A DNA stretch of 64,000 nt from an uncultured delta proteobacterium. GTDB lineage: Bacteria > Desulfobacterota > Binatia > Binatales > Binataceae. Each line of letters opens with the position of its first letter. Position 1 is the first letter of the stretch. The stretch covers positions 352,001-416,000 of the forward strand of contig CAVRVY010000003.1 of assembly GCA_963724765.1 (NCBI GenBank), read 5' to 3'. The position numbers and the translations under genes are program-made. Below, piece by piece: positions 21,210-30,946 of this stretch. The notes beneath the pieces were generated by a model. The model was not told where the DNA came from. It saw only the letters and a list, made by a program, of their open reading frames with translations, and did no database searches.

Positions 21210-21979
21210 AAGTCCAGCGGCAGCTTGAGAAAGTTGTGATAGATGAAGTCGCGATGCTCAAGCAGGAGGGGCGTGGTGGCGTTCTTAATTGTCGGATCGG
21301 TGTTGGTATATATGCGCCTGAACGCGGGGGGCAACGGACATAGCTCGTCGGGCAGTGGATCGTTCATCACCGCGAAGGTCGCCCAATAGATATCGAGCGC
21401 GGTGAGCGCGTCGCCGATGAAAAACCTGCTGCCGCGCTTGCGCTGCAGTTCGAGCCGGGCGGAGAGCGCGCGCAGAATTCCGGCGATCCGCGCCGGCGCC
21501 GCCTCGGTCGCCGCCTTGTCATAGCCATATTTGTTGGCCAGGTAATTGAAGAGCTTGCGCCCGGCCTCACTGGGGTTCCCAAGGCCATCGCGGATGATCA
21601 ACAGCCGCTTCGACCATCCAAATCCGTTCTGGCCGCATATTTCGTTGGCATAGCCGAACATCAAGGCGCGATCCTCGAGGTTATCCGGAACCAGCGGCGG
21701 ATTGGGCTGCAGCCGCTCGGCCAGGTAGAGCTGGTCGTTCCACAGACTGCGCGGCCATTCTTCATTCCAGACCATGACGGGAGCGCTCGCCTGCGCGGTC
21801 CAGTCGAGCAGCGCGCGATTCTCGCCGCCCAGCTCTTGGCTCACCTTGACATAAGGGAGTTTCTTGACGTGAAGGATGCCCTTGGCCGCCTCGCTCCATG
21901 GTCCCGGCACTCCGGGCGTCAGTACCAACCGCAAACCCGACATCGCACGCGCCCGTTCCACTTCGATGTATTCCGCCAT
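21206..21979 (-). CDS. GST-like protein
   Basis: PGPWSEAAKGILHVKKLPY thioredoxin-like N-terminal domain; FFIGDALTALDIYWA C-terminal GST motif. Confidence 0.75.
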   Translation of the reverse strand: MAEYIEVERARAMSGLRLVLTPGVPGPWSEAAKGILHVKKLPYVKVSQELGGENRALLDWTAQASAPVMVWNEEWPRSLWNDQLYLAERLQPNPPLVPDNLEDRALMFGYANEICGQNGFGWSKRLLIIRDGLGNPSEAGRKLFNYLANKYGYDKAATEAAPARIAGILRALSARLELQRKRGSRFFIGDALTALDIYWATFAVMNDPLPDELCPLPPAFRRIYTNTDPTIKNATTPLLLEHRDFIYHNFLKLPLDF

Positions 21980-22181
21980 GGCGTCACTCTCCCTGCATGG
22001 ATTATGCGTCGGCCGCCGCCCGTTCACCGAGCCTCCCCCGGCGAGCGGTACAGAAGCCGCACTCTGGGATCAAGTTTGTCGCAGAAAAACGCGCAAAAGG
22101 AAAAGCCCCCGCGAGCATCGTCGCTCTCGAGGGCGCAAGCAACCGGCCGCGGTCAGCTAGTAGCTGATCACCCCTCGACGT

Positions 22182-22730
22182 TCACCACTTTTCCCGACGT
22201 GTTATTGTCGCTTGCGCCGGGATACTGGAGGGGCCGGGAATGCCAGCAGGCTCCAATTGTGACGCCGCTCCCCGTACCAGCAGCACCGCGGTCGAACTCA
22301 GCGGGATGCTGTTCGGGGCACCCGGATATTTGATCAGCGTGTTGAAAGTCGCGCGCGTCGTGACCTCGACAAAGACCTTCGGTTCCGTACAGGTCGAGGG
22401 AGGCGCGGTGCAGGAGACGAAACAGGCGGAGGACGATCGTGGACTGCACTGGGCGCCGTCGCATACGCAGAAGTGTCTCGGAGTTACCGAGAGTCCGCTG
22501 ATGTAGTGAACGTCGTTATCCGCCGCCCGAATCATGCCTGCGCTGTCGATCGCGTTGACGTGGCTTTGGGCCCCATACCGGACCGCGGCGCTCGCCGCAC
22601 TGGCGATACTCTTTTTTACGTAAGACGCACGCGCAATATCGGCGACCACCACCAGCACGACCACGAGAAATGACGCCCCCAAAGCGATCTCAATCGCTCT
22701 TGAAGCCTTCGTCATCTTACGCCAGAACAT
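22182..22730 (-). CDS. TadE-like pilus minor subunit (orphan)
   Basis: IEIAL hydrophobic helix, AASAAVRYGAQ, Cys-rich FCVC...C...C, FVEVT; similar to 61634-62122. Confidence 0.72.
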   Translation of the reverse strand: MFWRKMTKASRAIEIALGASFLVVVLVVVADIARASYVKKSIASAASAAVRYGAQSHVNAIDSAGMIRAADNDVHYISGLSVTPRHFCVCDGAQCSPRSSSACFVSCTAPPSTCTEPKVFVEVTTRATFNTLIKYPGAPNSIPLSSTAVLLVRGAASQLEPAGIPGPSSIPAQATITRREKW

Positions 22731-23144
22731 CGGGAGCCCTCCGCTAAGAGACTAGGGCGCGTCAGGGACCAACGGCTGAACCGAGGCTCTCCGCGCCGGC
22801 CGCCGTAGCACAGATGCAACATCGATGCGCCAAACCATGCTCTTTCCCCTATGGTCGAGACATTCGTCGCTAAAAGCTCCCGTTAGACAGGCATAGCTAA
22901 TTCAATAGCAATGCCGCAGATGACGTTACGCAAAAGCTAAGCCAAGCGCGCCACAAAAGACGAAATAACAGAGCGGGAACTTTTTATGGATTTCGAAAAA
23001 CGGAACTCTCGGAGAAGGGGGGCAAATAATCGAGAACCAGTTCGGCGTGATCTACGTAGAATAGGGAGCGCGCTGGTACAAATCGCGCCGGCTTGCGCAC
23101 TCGCATTCACGGATGCGGTGGATGCGGAGGGCCGGGGAGCGTGT

Positions 23145-24191
23145 TCAGTGTTCGAGCAGGCGCGAGAGCGTGCGGGCCGTATAGTCAACCAGCGGGATAA
23201 CCCGCTCGTAGTCCATCCGCACCGGGCCGACGATCGCGACGCTTCCAAGCGGCATCGCGCCGTTCTGGTAGGAGGCTGCGACCACGCTGAGGCTGGCGAG
23301 GCGCGCGTCGATATTCTCCGAACCGATCGACACCGTGAGCCCGCTATGCGCGACGCTGCGCTCGAGCAGGTCGAGCAGCGCGCTGCGGTCCTCGAGCGCA
23401 TGGAGCAGGTCGCGCAGGCGATTGTGGTCGGCGAACTCCGGCTGGTCGGCGACCTTGGCGCTGCCCTCGACATAGACCTCGGCCGATCCAACGCGTTCGG
23501 CCAGTGCGCCGCCGAGCGCCAGCGCGGCGCGCATGAAGCGGTCGTAGCGCGCACGGTCTTCGCGCTGGCGCTCCTCGATCCACTCGCGTGCCTCCTCCAG
23601 CGTGCGCCCGTGCAGCGCCTCGTTGAGGTAGCGCGCCATGCGGTCGAGTTCCTCCTGGCCGTGGTCGCCTTCGGTCTGGACCAGGCGGTTGTGTACTCCG
23701 TCAGCGGCGGCGACAAAAATCGCCAGGACTTCGCGCTCGCGCAAACGCACAAAGCTCACGCGCTCGAGCTTGATCGACTCCAACCGCGGCGCCATCACCA
23801 GCGCCGCCTGCCCGGTCAGCAGCGCCAGTAGACGTGAGGTCTCACGCATCACCTCGCCCAGTTCGCGCGGCCCGGCCGAATAGCACAGCTCGATTTGCGA
23901 GCGGTCTTCGAACCCGATATGCCGCACCGACATTACGTGGTCTACGTAGTGGCGAAAGGCGCGGTCGGTCGGGACGCGGCCGGCTGAGGTGTGCGGCTGG
24001 CGCAGGTAGCCCGCGGTCTCCAGTTCGGCCATCAGGTTGCGCGCCATCGCGGCGCGCACGCCCAGAGGATAACGCGCGGCGATCTGATGCGAGCCAACCG
24101 GCTCGGCCGTGACGATAAACTCCTGGACCGTGGCGAGCAGCACCGAATGCTGGCGGTGGGATAGTTCGCCCTGTGCTGCCGGAGTTTCCAT
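23145..24191 (-). CDS. hrcA: Heat-inducible transcription repressor HrcA
   Basis: AEPVGS, RNLMAELE...GYLRQPHTSAGRVPTD, VSIGSEN, IVGPVRMDY. Confidence 0.95.
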   Translation of the reverse strand: METPAAQGELSHRQHSVLLATVQEFIVTAEPVGSHQIAARYPLGVRAAMARNLMAELETAGYLRQPHTSAGRVPTDRAFRHYVDHVMSVRHIGFEDRSQIELCYSAGPRELGEVMRETSRLLALLTGQAALVMAPRLESIKLERVSFVRLREREVLAIFVAAADGVHNRLVQTEGDHGQEELDRMARYLNEALHGRTLEEAREWIEERQREDRARYDRFMRAALALGGALAERVGSAEVYVEGSAKVADQPEFADHNRLRDLLHALEDRSALLDLLERSVAHSGLTVSIGSENIDARLASLSVVAASYQNGAMPLGSVAIVGPVRMDYERVIPLVDYTARTLSRLLEH

Positions 24192-24401
24192 CGCGTCAAC
24201 GACTCGCTGCTAAGGACCTTCTGTTGCGTGGCCTTTGCCGACCCTGACCCGATCGCGACACCAATACCGTGCAGCGATTCTGGTTCGCGCAAAGGCCGCC
24301 GCGCAAGGGCTCGGCCCATTTGCTGGCATGTATTTTAGCACAGCTCATGCTCCTGATAGGCTCTATGTAGGAGCGCTTCCTCAGCGCTCGCGGTCTCTGC
24401 G

Positions 24402-25997
24402 ATGGCGAAAAAGGCGGTTAAACCACGGCGCTTGTACATCCCGGTCGTGCCGGCCGGCGCTTCGTGGATCGAAAGCGACAGCTACGATCGCCGCGCCTGG
24501 AGCGATATCGGGCTGGGCGCGCCGGTCATCGGCGAACTGGTCGAGGCGGGCCGCCGCCTCGTGCCGCACTTCGACGCGCTGCTCGGCGACCTGTTCTTCG
24601 CGCTGTTCAAGTACAACCTGGTCTGGCTCAAGACCGACGCCGTGCGCAAAAGCGCGATCCTCAATCACACCATCCTCGACCGCCTCATCGCGTCACCGGC
24701 CTTCGAGGCACTCAAGAGCCGCACGCTGTTCGAGGAGGACAAGGCCGCGATAGCCGCCCTCGCGCTCGCCGAACAGGCGCTCGAGCTGGTGCGTTCGGAG
24801 CGTCTGCTCAACCGCCGCGAACTGCTCGATCTCTGGGATTTGCATCACCAGGAAGACGACCTCGCCGAACGCGCCGACGAACTCAAGGCGATGGCTGAGG
24901 CAGCCGCGCCTGCCGACGGCGAGACCGAGCCCGACCAAAAGCTCAAAGAAGAGCTCAAGAAAAAGATCGAAAAACTCAAAGAGGCGGCCGCACGCGCGGT
25001 CCAGGTCTCCGAGGCGCGGCTCAATCAGAAGGCGCGCCAGGTGACCGAGCAGGTCGGCCACGCCGACCGCGGCGAGCTGCGCCGGATGGAGGCCAAGAGC
25101 CTCGGCCTCGCGCAGGAGATCGACCGCGTTGCCCAGGACAGCCATGACTTCAGCCTGGAATTCGGCCAAGGCGGCCGGCTATCGGCCGGCGAACGGCTGG
25201 AGCTTGGGCGTCATCTCGCACGCAACCGTAAGCTCGGAGAGCTTGCGCGGCTGGTCGGCCGCTTCAAGCAGGACGCGCGCGCGCTGCGGCGCAAGACGAT
25301 GGAACGCGGCGTGGCCGAGGCCTATGACATCGAGCGCGGCTCAGAGCTGGGGCGGTTGATACCGGCCGAGCTGCTCGCGATGCATCATCCGGGGCTGCGG
25401 CGCGACTTCGGACGTCGTCTGCTCGAGGGCGAGCTGCTCCAGTACCGCCTGCGCGACGAGGAGCAAAAGGGCAAGGGCCCGATGGTGGTATGCATCGACG
25501 TAAGCTCCTCGATGGAAGGTGACAAAGAGTTGTGGGCCAAGGCGGTGAGCCTGACGTTGATGGATATTGCGCGCCGCCAGCGCCGGCTGTTTCGCGCGGT
25601 GCTGTTTTCCTCGGGCCCGGGAAGTCTCAAGGTGCTCGACCTCAACCAGAAACGCCGCTATCAGCCCGAGCTGGGCAAGGTGATGGAGCTGGCGGAGTAT
25701 TTTCCGGGCGGCGGCACGGATTTCCAACAGCCGATCGACGCGGCGATGGAGCTGATCGAACACAAACGGCTGCGCCGCGCCGACATCGTGATCATCACCG
25801 ACGGCGAGAGCCAAGTCGCGCCCGAGTGGCTGGCCGAACTGCGCCGGCGCAAGGATGAGCTGCAATTCTCGATCTTCGCGGTGCTGGTCGACGTCGGTTC
25901 GAACGAGCTTTCGACGCTGGCCCTGATAAGCGATCGCGTCACCTCGGTCAAGAAGCTCAGCGCCGAGGGCACCCGCGAAATTTTCATGAAAATTTAA
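24402..25997 (+). CDS. VWA-domain protein, ViaA-like
   Basis: RLIPAEL, GKGPMVVCIDVSSSM (MIDAS), GGGTDF, ADIVIITDG; N-terminal coiled coil. Confidence 0.85.
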   Translation: MAKKAVKPRRLYIPVVPAGASWIESDSYDRRAWSDIGLGAPVIGELVEAGRRLVPHFDALLGDLFFALFKYNLVWLKTDAVRKSAILNHTILDRLIASPAFEALKSRTLFEEDKAAIAALALAEQALELVRSERLLNRRELLDLWDLHHQEDDLAERADELKAMAEAAAPADGETEPDQKLKEELKKKIEKLKEAAARAVQVSEARLNQKARQVTEQVGHADRGELRRMEAKSLGLAQEIDRVAQDSHDFSLEFGQGGRLSAGERLELGRHLARNRKLGELARLVGRFKQDARALRRKTMERGVAEAYDIERGSELGRLIPAELLAMHHPGLRRDFGRRLLEGELLQYRLRDEEQKGKGPMVVCIDVSSSMEGDKELWAKAVSLTLMDIARRQRRLFRAVLFSSGPGSLKVLDLNQKRRYQPELGKVMELAEYFPGGGTDFQQPIDAAMELIEHKRLRRADIVIITDGESQVAPEWLAELRRRKDELQFSIFAVLVDVGSNELSTLALISDRVTSVKKLSAEGTREIFMKI

Positions 25998-26166
25998 GCT
26001 GCGCCGGTTTGCCCCACATGGCAACTTGGTGCTAGCAAAAAGTTCACGTAGAAACCTTTCAGTTCATGTGCGCCCGGCGAACCCTCGACGGACCAAAAAG
26101 GGCGCATATCATTGGGCCGAAGTGACGAACCCGGCAAGAGGCCGGCCACATTCGAGGGAGGGGAAA

Positions 26167-27054
26167 ATGAAAAGACTAAGCTTGAGCGTAGGCTTGGCAA
26201 TCGTGCTCTGCGGCGCCCTTTCGGCGGTGGCTCGCGCGGCGGACTATTCGTTCCGAAAGGTGGTCTTTCCCAGCGATACCTTCACTCAACTGCTGGGCAT
26301 AAACGATTTCGATACAATCGCCGGTTACCACGGCGCAACCGTGAACAAGGGATTTGTGTTCACGCTGCCGAACCATTTCACCGCAGAGAACTTTCCGAGT
26401 TCGGCACAGACCCAGGTCACCGGGATCAACGACAACTTCAAAACCTCCGGATTCTATATCGACAGCGGCGGAGTCAACCACGGCTTCCTGCGCACGCCCA
26501 AGGGCGTCTTCTCGACGGTGGATTTTCCGAGTACCGGGTTCAACCAACTGCTCGGTTTGAACTTCCACTCACAAGCGGTTGGCTATTACGCGGACGGCAC
26601 GGATTTCAGCGTCTTTCACGCATACATCTACGACGAGAACGGCGGCGTGTTTCTGCCGATTATTAACCCGCTGTCGGTCAGCAGCCAGGCGACCGGCATC
26701 AACAACGAGCAAATGGTTTGCGGATTTTATATTGATAGCGGAAACGTCACGCATGGATTCTTGCTCAATCCGGGAACGCTGACCACGCTCGATTTTCCGG
26801 GAGCCGGCACCACCTCCACCATGGCCTTGGGCTTGAACGATGAGAACCAGGTGGTTAGAGTCTATAATACCAGTACGGCGATGCATGGTTTCGTTTATAA
26901 CGTCAGCACCGGACATTTTCATTCGGTCGACGATCCCGGCGGCATCGGTACCACGACGATCAACGGAATCAACAACTTCGGGCAGATTGTCGGTTTCTAC
27001 GTCGACTCGAAGGGAAACACGGATGGCTTTATCGGCACGCCGATATCGTTCTGA
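26167..27054 (+). CDS. Secreted six-repeat (GIND/HGF, HAF-like) beta-propeller protein
   Basis: Signal peptide; six FP...G(I/L)N...GFY...HGF repeats; GGAGG RBS. Confidence 0.8.
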   Translation: MKRLSLSVGLAIVLCGALSAVARAADYSFRKVVFPSDTFTQLLGINDFDTIAGYHGATVNKGFVFTLPNHFTAENFPSSAQTQVTGINDNFKTSGFYIDSGGVNHGFLRTPKGVFSTVDFPSTGFNQLLGLNFHSQAVGYYADGTDFSVFHAYIYDENGGVFLPIINPLSVSSQATGINNEQMVCGFYIDSGNVTHGFLLNPGTLTTLDFPGAGTTSTMALGLNDENQVVRVYNTSTAMHGFVYNVSTGHFHSVDDPGGIGTTTINGINNFGQIVGFYVDSKGNTDGFIGTPISF

Positions 27055-27077
27055 ATTCGTTTAGCACCAGCGATATT

Positions 27078-27148
27078 GTCATCCTGAACGAAGTAAAAGA
27101 TTGCGCGCGGTCCTTCGACTGCGCTCGCAGACTCGCTTCGCTCAGAGG
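27078..27148. repeat. REP-like palindromic element (GTCATCCTGA...CTTCGCTCAG type)
   Basis: gtcatcctgaacgaagtaaaaga...tccttcgactgcgctcgcagactcgcttcgctcag between convergent genes. Confidence 0.6.
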
Positions 27149-27266
27149 AAAAAGAACGATGACCGACGGAGAATTTTGTTTGACGAACCTGCGGCTCACA
27201 CGTTGACGGGCCGCTCGAGTTTCAACTGGAAGAGCTTGCGGGATTCGTAGCGCTTTTTTGACGCTG

Positions 27267-28025
27267 CTACGGGCTGTCGCTCGAGCCCTCTGGAATCACC
27301 GGGGCTGTCGGCTGCACGAAGTCCGGACTTACGTTGCAGCACAGAACGTAGCTGGTTCCGGCGCGCGGCTCCGCCTCGTAGCCGTCGAGTGTGCCGTCCG
27401 CCTCAACCCTCACGGCCTCGTAGCTCAGGGTCCCCGAGGCACGCTGGGCGGTGAATATGTAGTAGTGCCCGGGTTCGAGCGGCTCGGGCGGACCGCTATC
27501 CGGGGTGACTTGCGCGAAATTCGCGGGCGGCTTGCCGTAGCTGACGGACTTGGTCGCGAACTTCTCGCCCGAGCCCAACACCGGCAGCTTCGAGAACACC
27601 CCGGTGTCCGCCTTTATCTCCCACACCGTCACCCCGCCATCGAAGCGGATGATCGACGCCACGTGCTGCGCGTCGATGCTGCGCGATTCGATCATTTCCG
27701 TGCCGTTGAATTTCGACACGCTGAGCGAAGCCAGGTAATCGCCATTGTGCGCGTAGGAAATAGCGACCGTGGCGCCGGGCGGAGGCGGATTTGCCTCGCC
27801 ACTCGCGCCGCCCTCGGCCGGCGCGTTATCGGCGGGACTGCTCTCGGCGGCGGGGACTCCTTCAGCCGGACTGCTCTCAGCCGACGGAGAGGCCTCGGCG
27901 GAAGCCTCAGCGGAGGGCTCGGCCGACGCGCCGGCGCTGGCCGGTTTGCCGCGATTCAGCATCGAGCACGCGGCGAACGCGATCGCCGCGCCGATCACCA
28001 TCAAGCGCCAAGCTACGCGCCGCAT
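27267..28025 (-). CDS. Hypothetical lipoprotein with Ala/Glu/Ser/Pro linker
   Basis: Lipobox FAAC, SAEAS repeats, then a globular domain. Confidence 0.7.
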   Translation of the reverse strand: MRRVAWRLMVIGAAIAFAACSMLNRGKPASAGASAEPSAEASAEASPSAESSPAEGVPAAESSPADNAPAEGGASGEANPPPPGATVAISYAHNGDYLASLSVSKFNGTEMIESRSIDAQHVASIIRFDGGVTVWEIKADTGVFSKLPVLGSGEKFATKSVSYGKPPANFAQVTPDSGPPEPLEPGHYYIFTAQRASGTLSYEAVRVEADGTLDGYEAEPRAGTSYVLCCNVSPDFVQPTAPVIPEGSSDSP

Positions 28026-28088
28026 GATCGGGCCCTCAGATCGCGACTGCATCGTCTGGTACGGCTTCCCAGCGGGGTACGACATCAT

Positions 28089-28598
28089 CTACTGGCTAAA
28101 CTCGATCGGCTGGCCGCACGCGTAACCGCCGGCATTATAATCGTAAACCATGCGTCCGCCGTAGTCGGCGCCCTTGGCGATAAGCGCCGCCACCAGCACT
28201 AGCATCGCGAGAAAGGCGCTCCGGCCCCGCACCGGCATCGGCCGCGCCGCGATCGCCCACAGCGCCAGCGCCGCGCTCATTATCGTCACCGCGATCATCA
28301 GGCGCTTGTGATACGCGAGCAGCGCTGCCTTGACCGACGGCGCGAGCATCACGCCGGGCGCGGCGTAGAGTCCGGTGGCGAAGGCCGCCGCCGCGCCGAG
28401 CGCGCCGAGGCCCAGCGTCCACAAGCCGCTCCATTGCCATGCTTCGCGCCGCGCCAGAAAACCCAGCCAGTAAATCAGCGTCGCCGCGAACAGCAGACCT
28501 ATCGGGAAGTGGACGACCAACGGATGGATGTTCTGCAGATGCTGCGCGCCGGGAAATGAGAACAGATGCGTCGCCGTCCGGAGCAGATCGGCTAACAC
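28089..28598 (-). CDS. DUF2231 membrane protein
   Basis: HPLVVHFPI, ATGL, conserved H, GGRMVY. Confidence 0.82.
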   Translation of the reverse strand: MLADLLRTATHLFSFPGAQHLQNIHPLVVHFPIGLLFAATLIYWLGFLARREAWQWSGLWTLGLGALGAAAAFATGLYAAPGVMLAPSVKAALLAYHKRLMIAVTIMSAALALWAIAARPMPVRGRSAFLAMLVLVAALIAKGADYGGRMVYDYNAGGYACGQPIEFSQ

Positions 28599-28602
28599 CG
28601 GA

Positions 28603-28965
28603 TCATTTCACCGAGTCGACGGTCAGAAACTCGACCCCGCCCTTGGAGTACGACTTACCCGTGACCGTTACTTCCTTCTCCATGTTCTTCATCACGTCGC
28701 CGGGTAGCGCCTGCTCGTTCTTGGGCGGCAGCAGGATATACATCTTCTCGGTGCCCTTTTCGACCAGTCCGACCGGGATGCCCTTCTGCGCGCACTTGAG
28801 CGCGCACTGCGCATGTCCCGCCCCGTGAGCGCCAAGCGCGCTGTAACAGAATGTGTCTTCCAGGTTGCCCGTGACCGATTTCTGCGCGTCAGCCGCCATC
28901 GCCGTCTGGCCGGCCATTCCGATGGCCATCACGGCGCCCATCGCAGCAATCACGATTTTTCGCAT
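28603..28965 (-). CDS. Small exported Cys/His protein, probable OB-fold
   Basis: Signal peptide; DTFCY...HGAGHAQCALKC...GIP; VTVTGK. Confidence 0.75.
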   Translation of the reverse strand: MRKIVIAAMGAVMAIGMAGQTAMAADAQKSVTGNLEDTFCYSALGAHGAGHAQCALKCAQKGIPVGLVEKGTEKMYILLPPKNEQALPGDVMKNMEKEVTVTGKSYSKGGVEFLTVDSVK

Positions 28966-29133
28966 AGGCCCCTACTCCGTTTTTGCGTTCGCAGCGGTGT
29001 TCTTGCGTCCTCCACTATCTCCATACGCTGCATGCCATCACAAGGGTTACGGGTAACGACGGCGCGAGAGCCGCGGAATCCAGCCCGGGCGGCGAAAATG
29101 GACATTGACTGTACGACCGCGCCCTCAGGCGAG

Positions 29134-30045
29134 CTAGCGGCGGACCGAACGCGCTTCGACCGGCGATGCGACGGTGCCGAACTCTTCGTCCCATCGCGCG
29201 CGCCGGCGTGGACGCACTGGGCCACCGAGCTGCTTCAAATGGCGCGCCAGGACGTCGTGCAACTGCTGGTCGAGACGTTCGAGGTCGGCCTCTTCGGGGA
29301 TCCTGGGCCGCTCATGATCCTCGGATATGCCCCGCCGCCGCCGGCCGTAAAGCTCCTGCATCCGCAGCTCCGCCTTGGCCAATATCGCCCGGTAGCGCTG
29401 GTCCAGCCGGCGCAGCGATTCGTTGAGGTCGGCGATCGCAATGAAGCGCCGCCGCAGCAGGAACCATTCGAGCACCGCCAGCGCCGCCACGCCGAGCAGT
29501 AGCAACGAGACGATGACCGCGCTGTAGACGGCGCCGCGCCACCACGGCAGCATTCGCACATCGTGCGTCAGGTCCCGATTGCCAGCGGTGAGCTGCCGCA
29601 CCTGTGCCTTAAGGTCGGTCTGCGCCGCGGTCGCGCTGTCAGCGCGCTTTTGCAGATCAGCAAGCTGGTCGTTGAGCTTTTGATTTTCGGTGGTCAACTC
29701 GCGCATCCGCGCCGAGAACGGATTGGGAATCCGCAACGTCTGACCAACCATCAGGGTCGAATCAAGTTCGAGCCGGTTGGCGTGCGCGATGTCGGCAGCC
29801 TGAATGCCAAAAGTCGCGGCGATCGAACCGAGCGAATCGCCCGACCGCACACTGTAGGAAAATTCCCCGCCGCGGTGGACCGGAGCGGGAGCCGTCTCCT
29901 GCGCTGAATCCTGCGAAGCGCTGGTAGTATCGGTCGCAGTCGAGGACGACGCCGAGGTGTCGTCTTGAGCGTAACTTGGGGAGGATACCGCCAGGCACAG
30001 GGCCGACAAGACGAGGACGGTTACGAATACCAACGGGAATTTCAT
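29134..30045 (-). CDS. LysM + coiled-coil + TM protein
   Basis: YSVRSGDSLGSIA...LMVGQTLRIP, then heptads and one TM helix. Confidence 0.85.
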   Translation of the reverse strand: MKFPLVFVTVLVLSALCLAVSSPSYAQDDTSASSSTATDTTSASQDSAQETAPAPVHRGGEFSYSVRSGDSLGSIAATFGIQAADIAHANRLELDSTLMVGQTLRIPNPFSARMRELTTENQKLNDQLADLQKRADSATAAQTDLKAQVRQLTAGNRDLTHDVRMLPWWRGAVYSAVIVSLLLLGVAALAVLEWFLLRRRFIAIADLNESLRRLDQRYRAILAKAELRMQELYGRRRRGISEDHERPRIPEEADLERLDQQLHDVLARHLKQLGGPVRPRRRARWDEEFGTVASPVEARSVRR

Positions 30046-30181
30046 GGTCCTGATGCTGATCGCATGCGTCACGGAACCTCTACCAGCGTAAATGCAAGCA
30101 GGTGGAGATGCAAACCGGAATGTGCAAGAAACAGGCTGTGGCCCGTTTTATTCGGCCCAGACATGGTTTTCCTGCCTCATC

Positions 30182-30946
30182 CTAACCGGCCGCGCGCCGG
30201 CGCATCAAGGTCAGAAACTCCTGATTGCCGGCAGCTCCGCGAATCGGCGCTTCGATCGCGCCCGCCACTTCGAGGCCTAATCCCGTGGCAAACTCCAGCA
30301 CTTCGTCGACCGCCCGGCGGCGCTCCGCATCGTCACGCACCACCCCGCCCTTGCCTACTTTGCCCTTGCCAACCTCGAACTGCGGCTTGATGAGCGCGAC
30401 GATTTCAACCAGCGGGGCGCTCAACTCGAGCACCGCGGGCAGTACGCGGCGCAGCGAGATAAAGCTCACGTCGATGACCACGATTTCGGGCGCATAAGGC
30501 AGACTGCCGGCCTCAACGAGGCGGATATTGGTGCGGTCGAGCACCGTCACTCGCGAATCACGGCGCAACCGCTCGGCGATTTGCCCATAGCCGACGTCGA
30601 GCGCGACCACGTGGGCGACGCCGCGGCGCAGCAGCACGTCGGTGAAGCCGCCAGTCGAAGCGCCGACGTCCATCGCGCGGCGCCCCGCGGGATCGACGCC
30701 GAAATGGTCGAGTGCGGCGGCGAGCTTTATTCCGCCGCGGCTTGCGTACTCGGGCGATCCGCCGACCAGCGCTATCGTGCTCTGCTCATCGACGCTCTGG
30801 TCGGCCTTGAGCGCGGGCTGCGAATTGACCCGCACTCGCCCGGCCATGATCAGGCGCTGCGCGCCCTCGCGGCTGGGCGCCAAGCCGCGCCGCGCCATCT
30901 CGAGGTCAAGCCGCCGCCGCGTCGCCATCAGCCCCCGGCGCTCCAC
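30182..30946 (-). CDS. tlyA: TlyA rRNA 2'-O-methyltransferase
   Basis: RRRLD S4 domain, SRGGIKL, DVGASTGGFTD, DVSFISL, IKPQFE. Confidence 0.95.
   Translation of the reverse strand: MERRGLMATRRRLDLEMARRGLAPSREGAQRLIMAGRVRVNSQPALKADQSVDEQSTIALVGGSPEYASRGGIKLAAALDHFGVDPAGRRAMDVGASTGGFTDVLLRRGVAHVVALDVGYGQIAERLRRDSRVTVLDRTNIRLVEAGSLPYAPEIVVIDVSFISLRRVLPAVLELSAPLVEIVALIKPQFEVGKGKVGKGGVVRDDAERRRAVDEVLEFATGLGLEVAGAIEAPIRGAAGNQEFLTLMRRRAAG

Noticed and set aside
22815-22832. sigma54 promoter before the orphan tadE; similar near-matches at ~24324, ~26019 and ~42210
   Set aside because: GG-to-GC spacing is not 10 nt.
24187-24361. CIRCE operator near hrcA (TGCTAA at 24208, TTAGCAC at 24335)
   Set aside because: Half-sites only; neither has the partner arm of TTAGCACTC-N9-GAGTGCTAA.
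26076-26150. c-di-GMP-I (GEMM) riboswitch
   Set aside because: Only loose resemblance (GGCGAACC, GGGCGCA); the GNRA loop and receptor are not evident.
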